A stretch of DNA of 64,000 bases. Source: Salpingoeca rosetta (lineage: Eukaryota; Protista; Choanoflagellata). Positions 17,634 to 39,318 of this stretch are shown piece after piece. Both the position numbers and the translations under genes were made by a program. The stretch lies in NCBI GenBank assembly GCA_033442325.1, contig JAWQFM010000017.1:485905-549904 (forward strand), given 5' to 3'. The notes under the pieces are model-generated. The model was not told where the DNA came from. It made no database searches and saw only the letters and a list, made by a program, of their open reading frames with translations. Numbering within the stretch: the first letter of the stretch is position 1; each line of letters begins with the position of its first letter.

Positions 17634-19061
17634 CTCAAGGCGCCCACAGATGTCGGAAACGCACCATGCTTGATGTGTAGCAAGCACTCCCCGGCCCACA
17701 AATTCCTTGTTGAACTACTAGCTGTTTGGTTTGATGTGTTGTTCGTTGGGTGTATTGGTTGTTTTGGTCGTTTGTGCGCGTGCGTTTGTGTGTGCACGAG
17801 AGTGCGTTGGCCATGCAGTAAATTGCCAGCTACTGTCATGACGTCAGCAACACTCGGAACACATGAACACGCGACATGAACCAACATTGGGAATGCAGAA
17901 AATTGCCATGGACGGACATGTGTTGTGAAAAGAAAGTGAAAAGCCAGTCCATGTGTTGATGACAACGAAAGAAGAGCAACACAACAGTCGAGTTGTCGAA
18001 AGAAAACACAAAATCGTGGGAGCTGCGTTCAACCAGCAGCCGTAAACGAGAACGTGAGAGCATGTGGAAGAACAAGATTCATGGGGCGGTGGATGCAGGC
18101 AGATACAGAGAACATGCAGACTTGCTGCATCTTCTGTGCTCTGTCAGCACCCAAGCCACCTGTCATGAAGTGTCATGAACAGAATGTTGAAGAAGGTAAG
18201 AGCGAGGGTGAGAGGGGGGGGGGCACAAGGAAGCCGCCGAAAGGGATAACGTCGCGGGACGGCCAGAACGCAAATCACTGACAACGCAATACAACACGCA
18301 CAGAACACTCGCAGAGAGTGTGTGCGTGTGAAACGTCAAGGTAGGAAATGGGGAACAGGGAGAGGAAAGAGAGAAAAAAAAAAGGACTCAGAGCGTGGTC
18401 AACCCGTCACTGTTGCCATACCGTCAAACATTGTGCTGAAGAGCGGGAAATTGGGCCACGACATGTGTGTCGTGTGACCACAAACCAGTTCCGTCAACAG
18501 CACAAGAACAACGGTTGGCAAAGGATACTGAGAAGTGGTTCAGGTGAGCGTGCGGACAAAACTCCTGTCCAAGTTGTCGTTCCCACACATTGCTGACACC
18601 ATCAGCAAGCAATGAGGCAAAACAACAAATGGAACAGAGCAGAAGAGAAGGAGGGAAGAAGGGAAGGAAGGAGGGAAGGAAGAAGGGAAGGAAGAAGGGA
18701 AGGAAGAAGGGAAGAAAACTTGCATCAACAATGTGAACCACACATAAAGGATGCGGAACAGATCAACGAGAAGCAATGTCAGCTAGGGTGTGAAACAGAT
18801 CGGCACATGCAATGCATCATGCCGTTTGAAGTCAAAGAGGTTGTTGATAAGGATGAAAAAGCAAAACAGAAGGAAACTGGGCACCAGCAATCGCCGCAGG
18901 CGCCACAAGATAAGAGGGCTGAAGAAGGACATTCTTGATGGTTGGGAGGGGGTACCGCAAGAACTGTGCAACGGCTCCAAACACAAATCAAGAAGAAAAC
19001 AGAGCAAAGGCAAAGCGCGTGCGCCGTTTGCTCGGATGGTGCGTGGCTCTCGCCAGCAGAC

Positions 19062-20489
19062 TCAGCACGGCCCAGCAACCTCAACCAGCATGCGCGCCAA
19101 CGCGTTGTACACGTCGAGCAAGTGCGCCAGCTTGGCCCTGTACTGGACATTCGTTGCCCGCAGGTTGTGCAGGGTCTTGTTGAACTGCTCGTGCTTCTTT
19201 GCCTTGGCGATGCGGTCCTGCTTTCGCCGACGCGCCCTCTGCAGCGCCACGCGCAGGGCAGGCTGCCGCCGCTGCTTGAGAATCTGCGTGAGCTTCTTGA
19301 AGGCGGATGTGGACACGCACAGGGTGGCTGGGTTGAGGCACCTGTCGCAAAACGACGACATTCCATGCTGGGCGTCGCTGTTGCAGTGTAGCCGCCGCAC
19401 GCAGCACAGCACCGTGTGAAAGGACATGGTGGCTGGGGTGGCATCGAGGATCTTCTCCAGCTCGTCAGGGTCCTCATACTGCCACTGCTGGTGCTGTTGC
19501 CCTTGCAGCAGGTCCTGCCGGCGGAGGTGGCGCTTGCGTTGCTTGTGGCGGTACACCTTGTTTCTGGCTTGCTGCACCACTGTCTGGGAGCGCAAGCAGT
19601 CAATGCCGTGCTCATCTTGAAGTTGGCACAGTTGTTGGTCGGCGTGCCACTCGCCAAGCGCACCAAAATCTCCCAGTGGAGGAGGATCCACGTCCATCCC
19701 AACCATCGGGCCCGGCGAGGATGGCGGGACGCGCACCGACGTCATCAGCTCCTCCATGGACCGCTTGGTGCCTGCATCCACCGTTGTCGTGCCACCGCTG
19801 TTGATGTCGTTGTTCATGGTGCATGCGGCTTCACGCACGGGGGAGCTGGGGCACGAGGGCGACGAGGGCATCTCCGTTTCGGAAAAGCTGCGATTCAGGT
19901 CCATTTCCGAGTCGGAGTTTGGACCGCTCACCACAGATTGGTGGGTGGCGGACGGTGGCGAGGTACTGAAAGACGAAGTGAAGTACATCATTGATGAGGA
20001 CGACGATGGTGATGACGACAGCAGCGGAGATGAGGAAACGCGACGTCTCGGAGGCGCTGGTGGTTGAAACTGGAGCGTGGTCTGCTGAGGAGCCAAGCCG
20101 TCGCCGTTTGCTTGAGGCAGAACAACAACAGCCTCATCCGAGTCGCTCGCGGTTGAAAAGCTGCGCATGTCCTGCACGTCCACTTCTTCATCTCCACTCT
20201 GCTGCAAGTGCACGGGAGACGAGTCCGGCGTACAATCGTGGCAATAATCGTGGCAATCGTGGCAATCGTGGCAATCGCCTTGCTCATTTTGTGCATGTGC
20301 AAGGGTCAAGGAGACCTCTTTGCATCGCATCATGGGGTAAGCGTGGTACTGGTCGCCGTAATCGACGCTGCTTGCTGCTGATGGGGATGGAGCAGAGCGC
20401 GCCACACCATTATCAGCAGCATCAGCATCATCGCCGTCACATACACCGCCATCACTGCGGCATCGGCTGCCATCCACGACAGGCATCAT
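19062..20489 (-). CDS. Intronless degenerate bZIP-like protein (CNC/Maf-like flavour)
   Basis: 475-aa single ORF with a Ser/acidic N-terminus. C-terminal RRRKQDRIAKAKKH-x9-L-x6-Y-x6-L-x6-L keeps bZIP spacing, and an extra upstream basic motif RNKVYRHKQRKR fits N-x7-R. Confidence 0.7.
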   Translation of the reverse strand: MMPVVDGSRCRSDGGVCDGDDADAADNGVARSAPSPSAASSVDYGDQYHAYPMMRCKEVSLTLAHAQNEQGDCHDCHDCHDYCHDCTPDSSPVHLQQSGDEEVDVQDMRSFSTASDSDEAVVVLPQANGDGLAPQQTTLQFQPPAPPRRRVSSSPLLSSSPSSSSSMMYFTSSFSTSPPSATHQSVVSGPNSDSEMDLNRSFSETEMPSSPSCPSSPVREAACTMNNDINSGGTTTVDAGTKRSMEELMTSVRVPPSSPGPMVGMDVDPPPLGDFGALGEWHADQQLCQLQDEHGIDCLRSQTVVQQARNKVYRHKQRKRHLRRQDLLQGQQHQQWQYEDPDELEKILDATPATMSFHTVLCCVRRLHCNSDAQHGMSSFCDRCLNPATLCVSTSAFKKLTQILKQRRQPALRVALQRARRRKQDRIAKAKKHEQFNKTLHNLRATNVQYRAKLAHLLDVYNALARMLVEVAGPC

Positions 20490-21041
20490 CACGTCTCGAG
20501 TGTGTGTGCTGTGTGTGCGTGTGTGTGTGAGGGAGAGAGTGTGTGAGGGAGAGTGTGAGAGAGGCGAGTGAAGGGCACGATGGGGAAAGGGGGGCGTAGC
20601 ACGGACTGAACTACTGGAGGACTTGTGGAGGGGAGTTTGTTTTGGTTTGTTTTGGTTTCAGGAGTTGGGGCTGGATGCAGGGGGGAGATGCAGGCTGGCT
20701 CGCTCGCAGGCAGGCAGGCGGGCGTCAGTGCTTCACTCTGGGAAGAAATGACACAGGAAAGCAAGCTTGTTGTGATGTGATGTGACTCTGAAGCGGGGAG
20801 CAGGGGACAACAAGCAAAGACAAAATCTGCACAGTCATTTTCGACCGAGTCATTGCATCATCATCTTGCTTGCGTGCGTGCATGCGCAACCTGATTTCAA
20901 GTTTGACGCGTTTACGCTAACGAGGCTGCTCGACACCACGACATACAAAGGTGTAGTGAGCAAGACCAACCAACCAAGAAGAAAGAGGAGAAGCAAGAAG
21001 ACAAAGCGGGCGCAGCGGACACACACCACCAACAGGCGAAG

Positions 21042-28959
<7,918 letters not shown>

Positions 28960-29386
28960 GCCCTCATCCACTACCCACGCCCCTATCCAACAAACCCCTT
29001 TGCTCAGCATGTGTTGTACACAATGCACAGCGTCGTGTTCATTGCGTGCATCATTGCATTGTCAGTTCATTTGTTCATTTGCTGTTGTCGCGTTACATCG
29101 CCAGGCTGGGAGGACAGTTCACTCTTGTTGTTGTTGTTGTATTGCTCGGTAGGCCAGTTGAGGAGAGAGAACGAAGATGTGAGAGAACGCAGGCGGACGA
29201 GGGGAGAGGGAATGGGAGAGGGACGCACGCAGGCGTGCACGCACGTGTTCACATGGGCACGTGCGCTCTCGTTCTTGTTGTTCGCTGTTAAGTGGTATCG
29301 CCAGTAAATAACACAACTTCTCACAATGGAAGAACACGCTCGATGTTGGTACACGCGGTGAAGACAACCAAGAGACACTGCTATTT

Positions 29387-29387
<1 letters not shown>

Positions 29388-29471
<84 letters not shown>
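29388..29471. repeat. (TTG)n/(CAA)n microsatellite directly after the TMCO4-like stop codon
   Basis: Uninterrupted trinucleotide tract. Confidence 0.95.
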
Positions 29472-29477
<6 letters not shown>

Positions 29478-29705
29478 GGAGGACTCATCCTTCGTTGATG
29501 ACGCAATCGCGCCATCATCATCGTCATCGTCGCTGGCGTCGTCGACACCCGCCTTCCGCTTCTCCTCTCCTTCCTCACGGTCGTTGCTTGTCTCGTCCTT
29601 GCCCCACAGCGCAGTGTGCGTCCAGCCTGAATAAAAATCGTTGAGTCGTGAGTTGGGAGCAAAGAGGTGGGGGGGGGGACGCCATTACAGGAAAGACGAG
29701 CATGC

Positions 29706-29754
<49 letters not shown>

Positions 29755-32435
29755 TCACATACACACAGAGGGTGCAAACGTACGTGAGAGGGTGCGCCCG
29801 ACGTTGCGGTATGTGCGAGAGACGACGTTACCGCCCTGCTGTTTTGCGGCCTCCTCCTCCTCCTCATCGACGGGCGGCGGGACATATGTGCGCGCAGCGA
29901 CGCCGCGATCGTAGGCAGCGAGACACGTCGGCGAGTAGCACTTGCGGAACCGGTTGCGCATGCACAGGCACGAATAGCATCTGGTGGTGATCATTGGGAG
30001 TGTGTGGCGTGTGTGTGAGTGAATGTGAGTGAGTGAGTGAGTGAGTGAGTGAGTGAGTGAGTGAGTGAGTGAGTGAGTGTGTGTGTGTGTGTGTGTGAGT
30101 GAGTGTGTGTGTGCGTTCAACTTGGATCAAGGGCACACAGCAGCAAGGGAGGTGGCAAGAAGCAACTGACAAGTGAACAAGCAGCACACAATTTATCAAC
30201 ACACAACAGCAGCAGCGCTGGACTCACTTCCCCATCCCCCGCTCGTCGTCTGCGAGACGGACGGCGCCAGATCGCGCGGAGAAGAACCCGCCGTGACGCT
30301 TGCACGTCCTGCCAAGTGGTGAACAAGTTGGAAAGGAGGGAGAGAAGGGGGGGGGGGAGGGGTGTAGTCATTGCGCAAGGCAAGTGCAAAGGTGTGACCG
30401 TTGGTGTAGGTATGGGTGTCAGCTCGGCACGTGATTCACAACATCAAAGGAAACAAATCAGCACCACAGCACCCACCCATCCCCCCCCACACACACATCA
30501 CACACAACAAACCAGCACACCATACCCATCACCCGGTTCACAGCATCAGCGACTGACTTGAAGTAGGTGACGCCCTTGACGGTTCCGTCGTTTGCGGCAA
30601 CGGGGTCGTCAAATGCAACGCCAATCCACACCAGCGGCACGTTGCCCGTGTCGCCTTTGCTTGCAAGCATCATCGCGCGCTGTGCAAGGCCGCCCACAAC
30701 CTTGGCTGCTCCGTACACGGCGCCCTCCTGTGCCACCTCCTTCACGCCAAGACCAGGCGCTGGCCTGCTGGTGGCGGCGTCGGCGGTGTCGTCACTCGCA
30801 CCCTTTGTCACCACATCCACAACACCATCATCGTGTGTCGCATCAGCGCCACTCGTACCGGGTACCTGTGTCTCTCCTTTTCGCTGCTGCTGCTGTTCGT
30901 GCTGCTGCTCGCGTTCAATGGCGGTGGAAATGGACATCTCGTCCTCAACAGGCGCTGTTGTCGTCTCAGCCATCACCTCCACGCCACCATCATCACCACC
31001 ATTGCCGCTCTCAAACGGCTGATGCTTGTGCGCTTGCTGCTTGTGCTTGTTCTTCGTTGCCTGCGCTTCCTCCGACAGTTCCGCCAACGCGTCATCAAAC
31101 GCTTCGAGATCGAGCTCACCCTTGTTGGCAGCGGGCGACCCCTTGTTGCTGCTGCCCGTCTTGCCTCCTGCTGTCGACGTCGATGATGATGATGCTGGTG
31201 ATGGCGATGAGGCCGTCGCTGTTCGCGAGCGGGACGAGGACACCGACGACGAGCGAAACAGCCCGCCAAGGAATGATGACTTCTGCTGCTGCTGCTGCTG
31301 CTGCTGCTTTTGCTGCTTTGGTGGCATCTTCGATTGTGCAGCTTGCTGCTTCTGTTGCTGCCGTTGCTGCTGTTGCTTCTGCTGCTGTTGTTGCTTCTGT
31401 TGCTGCTGCTGCGCTGGCGGCTGGCGTGTTTTGTCCTCAGGCAGTTTCAGCATTCCATAGTACCTGATGAAGAGATGAGAGGGAGGGGGTTGGGGTTGGG
31501 GTTGGGATGGGTGTGAGGGCGTGTGGTTTGTTTGCGCGTGTGGATATGATTCGCGGATGTTTATGAATCGTGTACATGTGTGCGTGCGTGTATATGTGTG
31601 TGCGTATATATGTGTGCGCGTGTGCGCGTGTGTGCGTGTGTGCGTGTGCGTGTGCGTGTGCATCCTACCTGTGAATGCCGTATCCAAACTTTGGGACATA
31701 CACGCGCGAGCCGATGGTGCCGCGGTGGGGGCTGCCGTACTGGCACTGGCGAAGACCTGGTTGGCGGTGGCGCACAAGTCCAAAACCACGAGAAAGAGAC
31801 AAAATCAGCCACAGTCGTAAACACACACACACACACACACAACTCGTTGACATCGCACCCGATTACCCTTCTCCTTTCTCCATCACGTCAACTTTTCCCG
31901 ACGAGAATACACCCCATTCAGTCCCCACACCCCACACCCCTCCCCCCTCCTCACAGCGGCCACATGTAGCGATTGCTGTTCACTGCCGCACCTGCACGCG
32001 AGAGGATCTTGTCCATGTTCCCGGCGTAGTTGGTGCGACCCTGGATAATGTCGCTCAGGTCCAAGTTCTCAACCAGCGGCGAGGCAACGCCGTGGACGCC
32101 AGCAACAGACATCTGCAGCAGCCGAGAAGGGAAGGGCGTTGGAAGTGGGGGGGGGGGGGTTGCGAGGTGAAGGAAGCAGCAGGAGCAGGCAGGTCGAACC
32201 CACACAGACACACACAGACACACACACACAAAGCAGGCAACGAGGCAGCACACGATGCAGTGGACGTACGCTGAAGGCGGCACCGCGGCAGAGAAAGGCG
32301 AGGAGCCAGTCCTTGTTGCTGTATCCGACGACGATACGTGATGCAACCACGTGCTCAAACGACGCCCACACCTGTCGTTCACGTTAGTTTGGGGGGGGGG
32401 GGGGGGAAGGGGTTGCAGTGTTGAGAATGGCGTGT

Positions 32436-32496
<61 letters not shown>

Positions 32497-33524
32497 AATG
32501 TATGGCATTGGCATCGTGAAGCGAATGACATATGTGCTTCTCATCAGCGCGCATGTCACGTCACCACATACAACACGACTCAACATTGCTAACTGACATT
32601 TGGATCGCCGGTGACGGGGGCGCCAAAGAGAAACACGTTCTCAACCACGCCTGGTGATGTGTGTGATAGTGATAGTGGCAGTGTGTGTGTATGTGTGTGT
32701 ATGTGTATGTGTGTGTGTGTGTTAAAGGTGGTAGTTGTGGTGTTGATGGACGCACATGCAAAGGACGTTGGCATGACAAGCATGCACGGAGCACAGGAGA
32801 GAAAGAGGTTCGTTTTGTTGTGAAAGGTTCGTACCTGCAGCGTGTTTGCGTCTGCTCATCTCCTTGAGGCAGTGGAAGACGGTGAGGGCGCCCAGCGAGA
32901 ACCCAACCAGCGTCACGGGCCGATTGCCCTTGAAATGGAACAGAGGCGGCGTGTGCGTTGTGCGTTGTGCGCGCGTGTGTGTGTGCGTGTGTGCGGGAGT
33001 GAATGAGCATGTCGTGTGTGAGTGTGATCAAGTGCACCAACAGGAGCCACGGGTGGATGCAATGAAGAGGAGCACGACTCAGGCTGCTGTTGTGGCAGCA
33101 GCAGCAGCAGCAGCAACAAACAAGCAGCGATGCGTCTGGGAGCACCTGTGCGCGTGAGAGGAGGGCGCTTGCCAGCTCAATGCCGGCGCGCTCTGCCCTG
33201 TTTGCGGCGACCGACCACGGATTGTCAACCAGCGATCCAATCTGGTGCGTGTGTGAATGCGTGAGAGTGTGAATGTGCATGGGATTGTGCATGGGAGTGT
33301 ATGTGCGTGTGAGGACTGAAGGTGTGGAACATGCAGATGAAGGGGAAAGAAACCGCGAAGGATAAGCAGCAGACATTGATTGACATGCAATCACACATAC
33401 ATACACACAATCCCCCCCCCCCCTCACACACACAGACACACACAGACACACATACACACACAGACACACACAGACACACATACACACACAGACACACACA
33501 GACACACACAGACACACACAGACA

Positions 33525-33568
<44 letters not shown>

Positions 33569-35258
33569 GAGCCCGACCTTGAGGATTGCAGCTGGGAGGG
33601 CGACGGCGGCCATGAGCGAGGCGAGCACCGTCCGCTTGAGGACTTCAGACACGACGTACCCGACCTGTGGGCGCACGCAGCAGCACCGTGGTGATTGAGG
33701 TGATGGTTGGTGTTGAGGTGATGGTTGGTGGTGAGTGAAATGAACAGAGATTTGGTAAGCCAAGGTTGCATGCAGCAAAGGGTTCGGAAAGTGCGAAACA
33801 CACACACACACACACGCAGGTGCATGCATGCCGTGGGATGTGGTGCAGCGCGAGGCATGTCGAATGAGTCGTCGAATGAGATGTGTTGCACGCACCGCCT
33901 CGGCCTTAAGCAGTTTCTCGAGGGCAACGCCGAGGGCGAGCATCTGCTTGTAATCAAACAGCTGTCACGCATACGCACATGTGCACATGCATGCAGGTCA
34001 AGTGAAGGCGAAGTTGCAGCGGTAGTGAGCATGTGTGTGAGTGAGGCGCAGAGCGTGTGCATGGGCGTCTGTGTGCATGTAGGGACACGTGTTGTCGTCC
34101 ACTCACCAGGCAGTACTGCTCTGTTTCGATGTTGAGGCCAAGCCAGGGTTCGACATAGTCCCTGTTGATGTAGTGATGGCACGAACAGCATTCAATGAGC
34201 CAGCATGCTCGGAGCACATGCACAACCAAGCATTCACAGAAGGCACGCACAGGCGCACACAGACGCACAACCAAGCATATACACAGGCATGTGAATGGGA
34301 ACGTACTTGTACTTGTCGTCTGGATTTGTGATCCACCCGGAAATGCAAATGGTGACGGAGAGACTGTCTGCACTCGAGAGCACGAGGCGATGGTCACGAT
34401 GATCACGTGATCAGTCGGTAATTGCGGTGGTGATTGTTGATGGTGGTGATGGTTGATGGTGGTGATTGTTGATGGTGGTGATTGTTGATGGTGGTGATTG
34501 TTGATGGTGGTGATGGTTGATGGTGGTGATGGTTGATGGTGGTGATGGTTGATGGTGTTGATTGTTGATGGTGGTGATTGTTGATGGTGGTGATGGTTGA
34601 TGGTGGCAATTCATGTTGTCATCAATGCAGAGCAGTCATTCGCATCGCAACTAGGTCCTTTGGCACACCACCCACCACCATAAATCTCTTCGCAATTGTC
34701 GCCACCGGCATCAGAACAACGACCACATGCACGTCACCACGTTCACGTCACCACGTCATTTGTACCTGGTTGGTCCTGCATGGGCAGGAATTTGAATTCT
34801 TCCAGCTGGCCATCCCTGGTGGTGGTGGTGGTTATGGTGGTGGTGGTGGTGGTGGTGGTGGTGGTGGTGGTGGTGATGACACAATGTAAGGACAACGGTC
34901 TCACTCGCAGGTGTGCACATGCGACGTGACGAATCACAGGCAAGTGTATTGCTGCATGTATGCATGCAAGCACAGATGACGTCAGGACAGCAAGTCATCG
35001 CACCTCCTGCTCATGCGGTATGCGCCCATGCGCGCACCGTAAGCGCCAAACAGCGAACCTGGCACGACCAGCAGGTGGACAGTGTGCGGCATGAGGGGAT
35101 GAATGAGCGGGTGTGCATGCTGCATCGTGCAGTTGCGATGCACATCGACCACTTTGTCAGACCCAAGGCCAACTCCAGCTACAACACACAGACACATACA
35201 CAGACACAGTCACATACACAGTCACATACACAGTCACACACACACAGTCACACACACA

Positions 35259-35316
<58 letters not shown>

Positions 35317-36023
35317 GACACACACCCTTTCCCTCTTTCCCCTCCAATGCATCACCGATTGCGTAGATGCCGGCGACGCTTCCGAGGGAGACGGCGGCGG
35401 AGGTGCCGAAGATGGCGCCCGCCCCCGCAGCAACGAGCGGCGCAGCCAGGCCGCCAGTCACGCCTGCAGGCGGCGGTGGGTGGTGATTGGTGGTGGTGGA
35501 GGGGGGGGGAAGGTTGCGATGACGTTGGTACACGTGTAGATTGAGGAGACACACACACAGACACAGGCAGGAGGCAGGAGGCAGGCGTGCAGACACAAAC
35601 ACAGACACACAGACACACAGACACACACAGAGAGACACACAGACACACACAGAGAAACACAGCGAGACACAGAGAGACACAGGCACACAAGAGATGCTCA
35701 AGTGCGTCACCATGTGCCCACCGATGACGGTGCCGCCGATGACGGTGCCGAGACCAATCTTGAGATAGCGGTTCCTCTTTGCCCGCGCAATCTGCCGCTT
35801 CCGCTCGTCCTCAACCTCCTCCGCGCTAAGTACAATGGAGGAGGATTGGGATATGGAGATGAGGTGATGGTTTGGAAGTGGAATGGCTCATGCTGGGACA
35901 GAGAGGAAAGGGGGAGGCGACAGAGCGGGGGATGGGAAGCCAAATATGCACATACACAGGCACACACAGATACACACACAACACACACACACACACACAG
36001 ACACACACAGACACAGACGCAAG

Positions 36024-36058
<35 letters not shown>

Positions 36059-36401
36059 ACACACACACACGCACACACACAAACACACACACAAACGCAA
36101 GCACACACAAACCCCCTCCTCCCTCCCCCCTCACCCAAAACAACACAACACAACACAACACGCATGGCGGACCCGTCGTGGAGGGCGCTCTCGAGGGCGG
36201 TGGCGATGACGGCCTCGTGTCGACGGAGAACAGCGGTGCTGATGTTCAGCTCAAGCGCAAACCGCGCCACGCACGCACGCACGCGCGCATCGTACACGCC
36301 GTCTGATTGTGTGAGAGAGGAGATTGGAGGGGAGAGCACGTGGATGTGACAACACATGAATGGCCACGCGTGAGTGATGACTGTTGAGTTAATTGTACAC
36401 A

Positions 36402-36436
<35 letters not shown>

Positions 36437-36693
36437 GCACAAACACACACATACACACATACCTTTGATGGCCTGTGCGAGGACGAGGGAGAGCATGTTG
36501 TTCTTCTCCAGGTTGTTCTGGCGCAGAATGGCGTCCAGCAGCGTGTAGCAGTCCATGGTGATTTCCCCAGTCACCACAGCCTGTGCCGGCAGCGTGTTCG
36601 TGTTTCGTGCAGGCCACAACATGAATTGTGAGCGAGACGCACTCACTGACTTTTGAGTAAGTTGGGAAAAGCAGCAGAGTCAGGCAGACGCTT

Positions 36694-36738
<45 letters not shown>

Positions 36739-37481
36739 CACACACACACACACACAGATATGCACAGTGTATGCAAAGCGGAGAGCAGCACCACAAAGGT
36801 AACATCGCAGCAGTTTGCTCGCAGTTGCATGCGTATTCGGTGATTTCAACGAACAGTACCTCCAGCGTTGCCCGGCTGCCCGTCATCTCGAGGGCTTCCA
36901 GCACGTTGTTCAGCAGCTTCACCCTCCACTCCATCCTGGCAGGCACGTGCGGAACAGTGGGCAGTCAGGTTCAATGCAAAAATCAGTGTCATCAAGACAG
37001 CCCGCGCGCTCTCCCCTCCATTTGTTTTGTCAGACACACACACACAGACACAGACACACAGATACACACACGGATACACAGCACAAACACAGACAGACAG
37101 ACAGACAGGCAGACAGACAGACAGACACAGCACAAACACACACACGTGACGCACCTCTGCTCTGGGGTCTTGCAGAGCGGGTCATCCTTGGATGCGGAGC
37201 ACGTGGCTAGCTCACCCTCTGTGGACAGCACGTGTGCCAGGAGGGATGCAATGGCAAACTTTGTCATTTGCGCATCCTCCTCCCTCCTTCATGTCAGGCA
37301 GTGCATGTGTATGTGTGTGTGTGTGTGAGTGAGTGAGTGAGTGAGTGAGTGAGTGAGTGAGTGTGTGTGTGTGTGTGAGTATTAATGTCTGAAGGGCGAT
37401 GGGGATGATGGCCCTTCCAGCCACACGGTGTACACGCATCAACCAGCATCAAGCAAAACAGCATCACACCATTCATGCATC

Positions 37482-37539
<58 letters not shown>

Positions 37540-37692
37540 GCACATGTAGACGGGGCCAGTGGACGAGGAGGCTGGGGCTGGCGCCTGCGGGCCCTGTTGC
37601 GCAACATCAGCATCCTCCTCTGGTGTCGTCCCTTGCTGTTGCTGGTGCTGCTTCTTGCTGTCGAGACCCTGTCGAAGTTCCCACGCATCCAT
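29472..37692 (-). CDS. TMCO4: TMCO4/DUF726 (Mil1-like alpha/beta-hydrolase) fused to a C-terminal split CAP-Gly domain, multi-exon
   Basis: Spliced peptides [86 protein letters not shown] and [12 protein letters not shown], continuing in frame into [19 protein letters not shown] ... [33 protein letters not shown]. Confidence 0.88.
34423..34605. repeat. Intronic degenerate minisatellite (ttgatggtggtga-based, ~15-16 nt unit)
   Basis: Repeated gttgatggtggtgat(t/g)g units. Confidence 0.85.
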
Positions 37693-38624
37693 CGCCTTGC
37701 TTGCTTGCTTGCCTTGGTCGTTATTCTCGCCTTCCTGTGCTTCTCTTGTCTTCCTTGCTTGCTTCACTTGTTGTCTTGAGCGCGTTCTATGCGAGAATGA
37801 TGACGTGCACCAGCAAGCGAATGAGCGAGCGTGAATGCGAGCAACACTTCTCTCATCATCACCCACACGACCACTCACTCCGCCCCTTCTTCAATCGCGT
37901 CAGAACATCATCAGCGCACAAGCAATCACATCACCCACTCACCTTCTTCGTCTTGTTCTTCAACAGCGCTTTCCCACGCAGAAAATCATCGAATGTCTTC
38001 AGCCAATGTTCCGCAACGTTGCGCGCTGTCCTTCCTTTCCCAGCCAGCACTGCAACTGTGTGCTTGCTTGGTTGCGGATGTGTTGTTCTGTGTTGAGAGC
38101 TGCGCTGACCAAGCGAGCAAGCGAGTAAGGTAGCAACCATCACATCACATCACTCACTCGATGCTTTGATTGCTCGCCCTTGTTGGTGACGATTATGGAT
38201 GGATGACCTCATGCGTCGTGGCACGTCTCTGCTTCCCTCTCGGTGTGAGCGCGCGTTTGCGGGGCACATTCTTGTGTTGCTCAACCACCAATGAAAGCAT
38301 ATCGCACTTGGTCGTGGTCCCTCTCCCCCTCTCTTCTCTCCCTCCCTCCCTCTCGTTTCTGTCTGTTTGGTCTCTTCACTTCACTTCACGTTGTCACGTC
38401 ACGCTTTGCTGCGTTCCCGCGCACGAACAAGACTCCCGCCCCAACTCCGCGCATGCTGGCACGCACCAGACGTACACACGCCGACGGTGCACACACGCAA
38501 ACTTCCCTCGCCATGATGTCGCACTTGATCATGTCCCCTCTCCCTTGGCAACTCGGGCTTTGGTCATCGCCTTCCCCGCCAAGCCCTCATCTGCAGGTGA
38601 ATTGGTGAGTGGCACAAACCCTAT

Positions 38625-38658
<34 letters not shown>

Positions 38659-39318
38659 CCGAATGCACGCACACACACCTTCACAGCTCGGTTTGCATCA
38701 TTTCCAGTTTCACATCGCTTGCGACAAGTCCTCTCTTCCCCTTGAAAGACCCCCGTTTTCGTGCCCTGCCGACGTCTCTCTAGCTTGCTTGTATTATCCT
38801 CCTTCCCTCCTTCACGAGCCCCTTCAGCAGGTGTTCGTGCCTCCCTCCTCCTCTTTTCCTTTCGCACGTTTGGTTAGTAACTCCTCATCCAAACGCATAC
38901 CCACACACGTACCCACACACATATCCTCCCCCCCCCGCGAACACACATACGCACACGCACGCTCTTCGTGTGAACTTGGTTATAGACATTGGGTGTGCAC
39001 GCACACACACACGCCTGCGCACGCACACACGCATTTATTCGTGCCGACGCTCCAACCCCTCAGCTCCTCATTTGGTCCAGCAAACAGCCAACACAGCACA
39101 GGACGACGGCCGAAACCCAAGCACACAACCAGCCAATACACCACCACCACCACCACCACCACCACCACCACCACCCCACATCCAGCAGCACATCCTTTAC
39201 GTGCCCTGAGTTGTCGACCGAATATAGCCGGTCACCAATCCCACCAATCAACCACCAATACCAACACCAGCACAACCAAAAGCCACCACCACCACCCCGC
39301 TTGTGCCGTGTTGGGCTC

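Noticed and set aside
17634-19061. Short ORFs and purine-rich (GGAA/GAAG) repeats between SMPD4 and the bZIP-like gene
   Set aside because: No consistent spliced frame or recognisable motif; compatible with convergent 3' UTRs.
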